Source: Balanoglossus misakiensis (taxonomy: Eukaryota; Animalia; Hemichordata). Taken from it: a DNA stretch of 64,000 nucleotides. The position numbers and the translations under genes are program-made. The notes under the pieces were generated by a model. The model made no database searches and was not told the DNA's origin. It worked only from the letters and a program-made list of their open reading frames with translations. The stretch covers positions 10,772,844 through 10,836,843 of the forward strand of contig CM082588.2 in NCBI GenBank assembly GCA_040954595.2, written 5' to 3'. Position 1 is the stretch's first letter. Every line of letters starts with the position of its first letter. Shown here one piece after another: positions 54,285 through 64,000 of this stretch.

Positions 54285-55238
54285 TAACAAGGAACATGCC
54301 CAAAAATTGACCAAAAATTGTCTGTACAAACACATATGAGAAGCAACTTCTTTCAGTCAGCCCTGGAACAGACAGACAGACAGACACACACACACACACA
54401 CACACACACTGACCTGCCACTGGTAATTAAAAATTTAATAGCCCATGGTCTCTCTGACAGCTGGCTTATTGAAGTTATGTAAACATGTCTAAGTTGGGGG
54501 TAACGACTCCTTGTAAACAGTAACTTTCAAAACAACTGGATAATTGGTTAAGGAGAAGATTTGCTAACCAAAAACAAAGAAACTTTCATAAAAACTCGTT
54601 AAATATTGAATATTTCTGATATCAGAATTGAATAAAAGTTGCACATATACATGTATGTGTTATGAAATTATATCCCAAATTTCAAAGCAATCAGAGAAAA
54701 AACAAATTTCAAAGCAATCAACAAGCAGTTTCACAAAAGATATTTGTTCAAAAGTGGCAAAAACACAAAATTGTACAATACCTTACCTCAATCACTACAA
54801 GGAACATGCTGCCAAAGTTCTATGCAATATGACAAACAGTTTCAGGAAAACAATTTTTGACAAAAATTGCAAAAGTTTCCCCGATAACACATTTATGAAA
54901 ATATCACATTTTTTACAACATATTACTTGACTTACACCTACGAACATGCCTACCAAATTGCAAAGCAATCTGGCATGCGGTTTTAAAGAAAAATAAATTG
55001 ACCAAAAATGGCAAATATTGCTCAAAATTATAAATATGCAAATTTTGCAACAATTTGAACAAAACTATGGTTACTCAGACAACCATTAGGAAGCTTCATG
55101 CTAAATTTCAAAGAAGTAAGCCCATCACTTTCAGAAATGAAGACTTTTTACTAATAACATGGAAAAATACAAAAAAATGCATAAAAAATAGGTAATCAAT
55201 AATATTAGCTCAAAACATACATCAATTGTAAGCCAAAC
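54285..55238. mobile_element. Helentron/HINE-like non-coding insert with (CAGA)n(CA)n and ~100-150-bp degenerate internal repeats
   Basis: Microsatellite at 54368-54409. Recurrent ACAAGGAACATGC, AAATTTCAAAGCAATC and AATTGACCAAAAA motifs. It interrupts the Academ ORF. Confidence 0.45.
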
Positions 55239-56794
55239 AAGAGAAAACTAGTGAACTTCTTGTCAGCCACATCTTTAAAAATAATTGTGCCGGCTCTGCA
55301 AGGTGATCAGGTCCTCATTACAGCAGGTGGCTTTGATGGAGAAAATAGGGACAAGAATCTTTTCGTTGGTAGTAATGGAATTGTGTCTGAGTGGGAAGCC
55401 AAAAGTTGTCATGAAGAAGCTGACAGTAGATGCATCCTTCATGCAGTTCAGTCCTCTTACAAGAAAGGTGTTATTTACTCCCCTGATACCGATACTTATC
55501 ATGTTCTCCTCCCAGTACTATATCAACATGTTCAAAAGGAGATATTTGTACAACTTGATAATGATTTATCAAATCTCACTTATTTAGACATGAATCAATT
55601 CAAATCAGATTTAAATTTAGACCCTGATTTGCAACATATTCCCCTCCAATATTTAGGCAAAATATTTCAAACACTGTTCATATGCACAGGTTGTGACTAT
55701 ACTTTGCAGGCATCGGAAGGAAATCTTTCTACAAGACATTTTTTCAATACTCTGAATTTATAACTAGTGGCACCCTTATACCTGGAACACTGATAGACAC
55801 AACAGTAGACAGTGTAGGGAATGGAATTTTCGCTTTCATACGTTTAAAAGGTAGTGTTTATGTTAAGAAACATTTCCAAGCATTTGATGCATGTCATCCT
55901 TTTGAACTTTATCGACAAGTAGCCAGTGTCACTAACAGTCTTAAAGATAACCACATCAAATGGCTTACATATATACGAGAAACAATTTGCCCACGTATCC
56001 AGTATGAGGAAGAATGTATCCCTTCCTTTGAAGCCCTACAACTGCACTGGAAAAGATCATGCTGGGTCTCTCAGTTATGGTCCCAGGCCGATCAGTGCCA
56101 TGTTACGTTTCCCTTATTCAATAATTATGGATACAGACTAAGCAACGGCGAACTTGATATTATTTAGGACAGTGATGCCAATTTAGAAAAAGTGAAAAAT
56201 AATTTGGAGTTGCTAACAAAAGGGTGTGGCTGCAAAAAGATGCCAACTTGTAATAGCAGATGTTGTAAATGTTATAAGACCCACAATGGTTGTGGCCCTG
56301 CGTGTCGATGTAATGACTCCAGTAATCCACATAATGGGAATCCTGGATTCTGTACCACATCGAAAAAGTATGGGGTATGCCCAAAATATACAGATAAGTC
56401 ACCACTATTAGAATCACCATCACCAATCACTGATACTGAACATCATAATATGGAAAATAGCATTGATGCAATTTTACAGGAGTCACATGAATTTGACATT
56501 TTAAGAGAAGAAGAGGGAAATATTTACGAGACTGATTCTGACTTTGACGAACTGACTGATGAATATAACTGGACGGAAGAAAAACAAACTGATTATTCAA
56601 AGAATGGTGATTGTGATTCCAATGATGGTGACTGTGATGACATTTAATGAATCATCAAAGAAATTGATTTGGTCTTTTGGGGGTTGCAGCCCTGTTGTGG
56701 TTTCAGTCATACCTTTTCAATCGCACCCAGTGTGTATGTGTTAATTTCAGACATGGTTACTATAACCGTGTTCCAAACAATCACCATTTTATCC

Positions 56795-57505
56795 GCTTGA
56801 CACTGCGGTAACACAACGATCACTTCTTTGTCCTCTACTTTTTAATATGTACACTTCTCCATTAGGGAAATTAGTTTCTAGTCATGGATGCCTGTATATA
56901 GCTTTTATGCAGATGGCTCTTCATTGTCTTTTACCAACGAGAATGCTCCCAGAATGCTTTATGCGGTACTGGATGTCTGAAAATGTCTTGTGTTTAAATA
57001 ACGATAAGACTGAATTTGTTATTTTTTCTGCTACTTCGGGTAATCTATCTGCCAGAGGGATTACAGAAATTCATGTGATGCTCTGAAACCTGTTCATTGT
57101 CTGACAATGATTGCACAGATCTGCCATTCAGTCGCTTTTCATTTGCAGCATATTGCACTTGTCTGTAAATATTTATCTCAAGCCGCCACAGAGCAATAAA
57201 GTTCCTGCTTTTGTTGCATTTCGAATAGATTTGTGTAATTCACTTTTATTTGGGCTCCCTAAGTACGAGATCAGTCGTATTCAAGTTCAAAATATTGCTG
57301 CTAGTTCCAAAATCACCTTTTACATCAATGCAATTTCAGTTGCATTGGTTACCTGTGTCTGATCGTATTGTTTTCAAGATGTTATTTCTTATTTTTGAAT
57401 TCATTCATAGACTTGGACCATCATATCTGTCTGATATGATCAAATTATATGTTCCAAATCGAAACTTGAAGTCAGCTGATCAGCTCAAACTCTGTCATGT
57501 TCAGC
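56795..57505 (+). mobile_element. Degenerate L2/CR1-group LINE RT fragment
   Basis: PLLFNMYTSPLG, WMSENVLCLNNDKTEF, RIDLCNSLLFGLP..VQNIAA, LHWLPVSDRIVFK across frameshifts. Confidence 0.85.
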
Positions 57506-58468
57506 CCAATGCAATGATGACAACAAAAGTCAAAACAAAATTGCTTGCCTTCAGACACAAATATTTATTGCACATATCATCAGCGAATAAAGGGAAATGG
57601 TTTCGAAGTTACAGTTGGCATTTTGCATATTCGAAACATCTACTTATATCCCAGGCCATGATACGGAGAAAAAAAAATACACCAGCTGTGCTCCTCACAC
57701 GTACGTAGTCATGTATGGTAAACCTGGCATTCTGTCCATATGGGACCTACATTTGTAGGCGATTGATCGATGTTGTGTCGAAATCAGGCCAGTAATTAAG
57801 TTAAAACTTGGCTAATATGTTACCTTAGGGTGTTATCCATTATCCAGTAACTGTTTTACTTAAGAATTGCCTTTCAAAGACTGTTTCCCCATGGTAAACT
57901 TATCGTTTCACGATCAATGCAACACTTCCTGTTACGCAAGCATTTCAAATTAATTTCTTTTCACGGATGTTGGGACCGATATTAGACCTCTCTATCAGGA
58001 AAGTTTGGTTACTTTCTGAGGTCGTTTTCAAATGATTTTTGACACGTTTGTGGACGTCTCTTTCGGGGTCACCAACATACCACCGAAAACACGTTAAAAA
58101 CTTTTACTATTACCACAGATTTTCATAAAATTTACGTATGCAGTGAAAAATGGGAATCACTTTCGTAATTTATCCAGCTAACATGGTATTTTATTGCACA
58201 ACAGAGCGTAAAAATCAAGTTGAAAATCACCTTGAAAACTGGCCTATTGCCGTCTGTTTGAAAGTTAACGGTCGCTCGCTTGATGAACTTTCATATGCAA
58301 ATGAGCACCGTGCGATCTGACTGTGTATATGTACTCCGTGTAGACTGAATGGGACCACTGTGTCCTTGACGCAATTTTTTACACTTATCAGGTATATGTT
58401 GACTAACACAAGCCAAAATATCACCAACTCATCTGAGAAATCTTATCCCAGGTCCTAAGGTTGTGAGA

Positions 58469-58875
58469 TTAATAGAATCTCACACTCCCAAGGACTAGGG
58501 GTCATAATTCTGACATGAGTTGGGGATTTTATGTCCCACACAAGCCGCAGGCGAGTGTGGGACAAAATATCCCTGACGAGTGTGGGAAATATGATCATAG
58601 GTCCTTTGTGTATGAGATTATATTTCTCACACGGGCAAAAATTAGCTAAATTCGTCTTAAAACATTGAATAAATGACTCTTGAATTGTCATCTGGCATGT
58701 AGTTTCTTTATCGTGTCATTGGATAACATTTAGCGCACGTTATTAAAAAACGCTTTGTCATCCAATCGGCGCTCGCGTCATATACAGCTTTCGATTCAGT
58801 GAGTGTGTGGGATTGATTTGTTCTCACACTCTGATCCCACACTCTCAGCATGCCAGGAGTGTGAGAATCTATTAA
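58469..58875. mobile_element. 407-bp non-autonomous element with 20-bp TIRs and an internal hairpin
   Basis: TTAATAGAATCTCACACTCC / GGAGTGTGAGAATCTATTAA (1 mismatch); hairpin TGTCCCACAC-AAGCCGCAGGCGA-GTGTGGGACA. Confidence 0.75.
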
Positions 58876-59192
58876 GATCTACGAGTTTGAAATCTTAGGT
58901 GAAGATTTTATCAATTTCACTGCCAACCATGTAGGGCATACTGGGATATGTGTACATGCCAAAGCACAAACAGTTATGACCTGACAGCTCAGTTTGTAGA
59001 TCATTTCTACAAATCCACAAAGAAACTCAAAGTTTAGAAAAGTCAGGCCTGTTAGAAATATTATAAATATCACTGTTAATACTAATTTCAAAGCCATGTG
59101 AATTTGTTCACTTTATGGAAATTTTTAAAGGAAGGGAGGATTGGTATTGACTTGAATAATTACAACGGATGTTTTTTTCTCTCTATTTTCAG

Positions 59193-59312
59193 ATGTGAAT
59201 GAGTGTTCAGATTCTGTTTGTGCTGGAGGTTTTCTCAATGCAGAGGGTGGATTCAGCTGTAGTTGTGGTGATGATGGTTTCTCTCTGAGTGCAGAGCATG
59301 TCAATTGTTTAG
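59193..59312 (+). pseudogene. cbEGF exon 3 (third Cys lost)
   Basis: tttcag|...|gtaagt, 120 bp, phase 1-1. DVNECSDSVCAGGFLNAEGGFSCSCGDDGFSLSAEHVNCL. Confidence 0.85.
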
Positions 59313-61167
59313 GTAAGTTTTTTTTGAGTGGGGAGGGGATAGGTCAACAATGGATTTGCATTTCCTGCTTCAAAAGGGCGCTTACAGAAGTTGTAAGTGA
59401 CAGACTTTACTGTCAGTCACCATGTTAAAACAGAAAATAATTAAAAGTTATCAGGCACTTTCCATAGTTAGAAATTTAAAAAAATAGCGTCAAGGACACC
59501 TGGTGCTCTCTCAGTGTGTAGTGGCTGATGAGCAGCATGTTTGGAGAACAGTGGTTTGGTATATGGGTGAAAGGAACAATTTGCAAACACCAAGGTGAAA
59601 TGCTGAACTGTTTTGCTCATGTAATATTGAATGAAGCTTGATAAGGTGGGTGCTTGGCAGAGGGAAAAACCACTTGTCAATGGCTCTAATAACTGTTTTA
59701 AATTTAGTCTTAAAATGGCCCGCACACACAAATGGCCTCACACAAATATATTCTGTCATTTCCCTCTCAGATTTTGTATCTTATGTTATACTGATGGAAT
59801 TCATTGTGTATTGTCGTATCAAATTGCACCAGTGCAAGCTATGAGAAATGTGTTTTGAAAAAAAAACAGTGCAAGTAGAAGCACTAGTCTAAACGTGAAA
59901 GAAATATATTTTGAAAAAAAATATCAGACAGCATTCAAGATCAGCTTAAGTGTTTTGATAAAAAGTTCTCCATTTTCAAGTATATAGGTAATGTCATGTG
60001 CTGACTATAGTAGTGTAGGTGTTAGCAAAAAAATACATGAATTGTTCAAACAGAAAGTTCAATCATTTAGTTTCCCCAGTTTATGGGAGCATAGCAGTTG
60101 TGAACATAGTATATGAAATAATTTTAAAAAGTCATTGCTCTCTGGTCCATCATTTTCGGTAGAAGTGACCTGATTTCACATCAATAGTTTCCCACCTGTC
60201 ATTTCCAGCTAATTTCATGTAGAACAAAACTCTTATACAACATAATGACATTTCTAGAACTTATTTTTGCTGGTTGGGCCCACAGACTAACACTAGTCGT
60301 TCTAAAAAGAAACTTCCATAACAACCTGTACGCTTGACGCGTTCAAGTCAAGGCACACCTAACCAATTCAAAATATGCAAATTAGAAAAAGACGCATATG
60401 CATTATTTGTGTCCCCAGAGACACACACAGGAAATCAAGCGAGTGCGGCCACTAGCTGGAAGAGCTGAATTCAATGTATTGCCTTACAATGTTCATGATA
60501 CAGGGGGGGGGGGGGGGGGGGGTGATGATCAATGAACAGAACAGCGGTCCAATTTCACGCATTGTAGTGCACTGATCGTGGCAAGTTGATCATGGCAAAA
60601 CAAATGACGATGTTAGATAGCAGTTCTTCACAAGTTTGACCAATTTGTATGAAAATCGTCTCGCCAAACACAACTGTTTTCTCGCGGGTAGTGAAAACAC
60701 TGCTGGCTAATCCGTTCCGATTTCTGTCACTGTTCCAATTCTTCCTCAACACCTCAAAGCTACACACCACCGCCAAAAACATAAAGCTACACACCCCTAC
60801 TAGAAAATGGTATGAATTCTTGACGGACGGAAGTAGTTTGACAGACGGAAGTAGTAGCTCATACCCAACTTGACAGACTCCTCTGTTTACACTTCGGAGC
60901 CAAAACAATGAGTTTGTTGTCTTATGCATGATATTTTTGGCTTTCAAACACTACCTTGTTAAATGTTATTTGGTTACTACATTGTTTGTTTATCAGTATT
61001 CAGTACTGGTACAGATAAACATATGATATGACCAAGTTGTATGCCAGATGATATTTATTAAGTTTCACACAATTTTGCTCTCTTGTCGTATATTTTCAAA
61101 TGTCCACTCAAAGACAACTGTAATTCACATGTATTCATTCTAATACATTTTATGATATTCCCTGCAG

Positions 61168-61277
61168 ATGACAATGAGTGCGATCAAGCTGGTTGGTCAC
61201 CATGCCAACGAGTATGTTACAACACACCAACCAGTTACCAGTGTGGTTGCAGACCAGGATTCAACATACATGCGTTG
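61168..61277 (+). pseudogene. cbEGF exon 4 (frameshifting deletion)
   Basis: ctgcag|...|gtgagt, 110 bp (not a multiple of 3). DDNECDQAGWSPCQRVCYNTPTSYQCGCRPGF; the final TCV lies in another frame. Confidence 0.85.
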
Positions 61278-61418
61278 GTGAGTATCTACAATTTGGAGAG
61301 AAAGTAAGATGTATGGGTTTGTACTTAGTGTCTTATACATGTATATGTGACACTGAAATCATATATTGTACAATCAGTCATTGGTAAATGTCGGCTATTC
61401 ATGACACAAATCAACATA

Positions 61419-61603
61419 CAGTCAAACCTGTTTTAGTGGCCACCTCTATTAGGCAGCCACCTCTATATAGTGGCCACTTTATTCTAGTCCCTGTGCAATT
61501 TACATCTACATTAATTGACTTTCTACAAGGTATAATGGCCACTTATCTATAAAGGCCAGTTTAGAAAAGTCCCTTCACTAGCCATAATGAGCAGGTTTGA
61601 CTG
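61419..61603. mobile_element. pogo/Tigger-type MITE
   Basis: TA|CAGTCAAACCTG...CAGGTTTGACTG; related to 44571-44903. Confidence 0.7.
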
Positions 61604-62061
61604 CTGTTGTGTTGATTTCTGTCTTTTTTACGTGTAACACAATCATGACATTTTTCATAAAGAGGGCAGCCTTCCAAAATAAAGTGTCATCTCAATGCAG
61701 ACAATGTGAAAAAGGCGGTCAGTAGAGTACTGCTCGAGCTCATCTAGTTTGTTGTATACATGATACAAGTTGCGTGTAAAACTGACCTTACAATAAAATG
61801 TGGCTGTCGAACATAAGTCCCAACTATAGTGTTGATACACAAGACAATCAAGTTTTTACTTTGTGACCAACTGGCCTCATGTTTGCATCTTGGAAGGGTA
61901 ACATGACTGCATAGCAATGTTTTATTAAAATTTGGTACATAGAGAAATGGACTACTGTGACAGTATTGACTCTGGGAACTATGTAGATGATGCCCAGCCT
62001 AAAATACTGACTCTCTGCAATTATATTTTTTAGCATTTTTGTTCAATTGCACTTTCAAGTA

Positions 62062-62231
62062 CAGTCAAACCTGTCTAACACCAAAGGGACTGAAGAAATT
62101 GTTCAGATTGCAGGTGTACAATTTAAAGAGGTTCTTTCAACATGTGGTTCTATGTCAAAAGGTTTGAACAATGTCTTTGAAATAGACAGGTTTCCAGATT
62201 AGACAGGGTTCGGTTGAGACAGGTTTTACTG
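62062..62231. mobile_element. pogo/Tigger-type MITE
   Basis: TA|CAGTCAAACCTGTCT...AGACAGGTTTTACTG|TA. Confidence 0.75.
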
Positions 62232-63354
62232 TATTTTGATACATGCTCTGGCTTAACCCTTTCACCACTATGGTTCAGTCTAAACCTTTTATTTTCTATG
62301 GTAAGGTTGGATCTTTAAAGAGGAAACTGTTTTTTTCTGAGAATCTATTTATTTCCTCTGTCACAAAAATTGCATGGGAGTTCTAATTCTAAAAGGAAAA
62401 CTGATTTGATAAAAGATCTCAAAGTCAAGTTTTGGATGTGGCTCCATTTCAAGTATTGTAGGTGACTAGTTTTTCCGGAGTTCAAGTCTGTATACTTGCA
62501 GTAGAGTTTGTCACATGGACTTGGGTAATCTGAGTGAGGTCAGAAATTGAACTTACACACATTTAGTTGAGTTAAGAACATGTCTGGTGTATTACTGTAA
62601 TATGACTAGATACTGCAAATGCCTTAACTATAAGTGTATGTTAAAATACAGTTTCCATGGACAAATGTGAGTGATGAAATTAAATACACATGTTCATTAA
62701 AATCCACCATGATAGAGCGCCCCCACTGTTCAGAATGTCCATTTTGAAGTCCTACATCTATGACGTCATGCCTAGCTGTCAATGTTAACTGATGTGCACT
62801 TGTACTACTAGTAAATGGAAGTACTTTAAAGTAAAGCTCAGATGCAAGGTTTTGTAAAATAAATATAATATTAAAACGTTGCCATCATTTTAGTCCTTTG
62901 GAACAGCTGTCCTATTGACTAATGTGATCACTCTGTGTACGGCATATGGCATATTAAGCATATTAAGCATTTAGTATTTTTCAATCAGAAACCGTTAATC
63001 CTGTGATTAATTCTTCTTCTTGCAACATTGATTTTAAATCACCACACATGAATATTTTTGTCCAAAGGACTGCGATGCCCAAGTTTTTTTATGATAAGAT
63101 AAACAAACAGTGAAATTCAGTGAAGAAGTGAGCGAGCACTTGCCCATTCATTGTTCAATGAAAGGTGACCGCCAAAACAAAAGTATTGAGAAAATAACCC
63201 GAAGTTGGAGTTGCTGAGTTTTAAATTGATTTCAATAATCTCCCAAGTGAAAAGCTTGGCTTGGCTGAAGCTCCTGTAGTCATGTTACATGTAGGTAGAT
63301 TGACACAGATGACAATGTTTGAATGTTTACACTTTTCTTTGTTTGATCTTTCAG

Positions 63355-63606
63355 AGGAATATTCAAGCACTGCAGAAGAATCTAGAGATGGCACAGAAAA
63401 AAGAACTTGAATTGAAACAACAGCAAGATCAACATGCCAGACAAAGTCAACTCATAGCTCTAAGACAACAACATCAACAACAACAGCAATTACAAAGGTT
63501 ACAACAAGAGAGAGCCCAACAATAACAACAACAACAACAACAAGCAGTGCAAGCACAGCCATCCAATATACAATCAACAAATCAACAACTAAAACACCTC
63601 TTACAA
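63355..63606 (+). pseudogene. MED25: MED25-like C-terminal polyQ exon with LxxLL NR box and premature stop
   Basis: tttcag|...|gtaagt, 252 bp. NIQALQKNLEMAQKKELELK, then polyQ with TAA at 63523-63525, then NQQLKHLLQ (recalled MED25 NR box: NPQLRSLLL). Confidence 0.65.
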
Positions 63607-63854
63607 GTAAGTTGTCATAATAATGTGTACAGTGAATATTTTGAAAACCAAGACTGGTACCAGTGGCACTTCTGGGAATTGTTATGTGGGGAAAAATGAA
63701 ATCAGTTTTCTCAAAAAGGAGCTTTCTTGATGGTACAAATAACATGGTCTGTGCCATTCCCAAAATGATTTTAATGTATTGAAGACCTGACAGTCACACA
63801 GAATAAATTCAATGAACTATTTGCCCAACATGACAACTTTTCCCCACACAGATT

Positions 63855-63909
63855 TAGACGTGGTGGGTATGGCTGATTTGCCTCAAATCGGCCATACGCA
63901 CCACATCTA
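63855..63909. repeat. 26-bp imperfect hairpin, probably the end of a non-autonomous element
   Basis: TAGACGTGGTGGGTATGGCTGATTTG-CCT-CAAATCGGCCATACGCACCACATCTA. Confidence 0.7.
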
Positions 63910-64000
63910 TTAATATTCATGATTTTACTTTTCATGTTTATGTACACTCTTATAACAATAGGAAATCTAGAGAATGGCTATTTCATCAAGTTGACAACCC

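Larger units (their letters stand above)
47380..56647 (+). mobile_element. Decayed Academ (AcademX-like) DNA transposon: N-terminal Cys/His fingers, DDE transposase with inserted OTU-like domain, XPG/FEN1-like nuclease, Cys-rich finger, acidic tail
   Basis: Collinear fragments: LCQRHY..CTSC..ICLKCY; SIDNID (48810); VGDGKT (51677); GDWHTLKNY; IRSGNW..YDRSLY; VALDEAHE (53861); HEEADSR, SPDTD and TGCDY (55410-55700); PSFEALQLHWKR; GCGCKK..C..CCKC..C..C.C (56222-56330). Many stops, frameshifts and insertions; own termini not identified. Confidence 0.8.
54152..58380. repeat. Inverted pair of ~32-bp TIR-like ends (54152-54183 and ~58348-58380); third partial copy near 59480
   Basis: AAAAATAGCGTCAAGGACACTGTGGTCCCATT versus the reverse complement AAAAATTGCGTCAAGGACACAGTGGTCCCATT. 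Confidence 0.75.

Noticed and set aside
47810-56647. Several separate host genes (ORFs of 246, 313, 237, 170 and 151 aa)
   Set aside because: They are collinear pieces of one broken transposon ORF.
60503-60522. 20-nt poly-G and other G/C runs as functional G-quadruplexes
   Set aside because: These are simple homopolymers mostly within repeat remnants, with no supporting context.
60555-60947. 130-aa minus-strand ORF with a short direct repeat (TTGACGGACGGAAGTAGT)
   Set aside because: No recognisable motif or exon structure; likely a repeat remnant.

Overview
Eukaryotic (metazoan, probably marine invertebrate) DNA at a satellite-array edge. Bases 1-~34056 are one tandem satellite (~131-bp monomer, ~260 copies) with nested higher-order repeats, two variant domains and a diverged outer rim. 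All ORFs there are repeat artefacts. The remaining ~30 kb is a transposon-dense mosaic. It holds decayed + strand exons of a MED25-like gene (VWA, Q/P/S-rich, SD1-like, polyQ/LxxLL) interleaved with four cbEGF exons. It also holds a 2.4-kb TIR element carrying a spliced BEN-domain pseudogene, and a decayed Academ (AcademX-type) DNA transposon. That transposon's protein combines a DDE transposase, an XPG/FEN1-like nuclease and a Cys-rich finger, with an OTU deubiquitinase-like domain inserted inside the transposase core. It has been hit by a Tx1/L1-like LINE, a Kolobok-type MITE, a Transib-type MITE and other inserts. No intact gene was found. All family calls come from reading motifs by eye; no database search was run.
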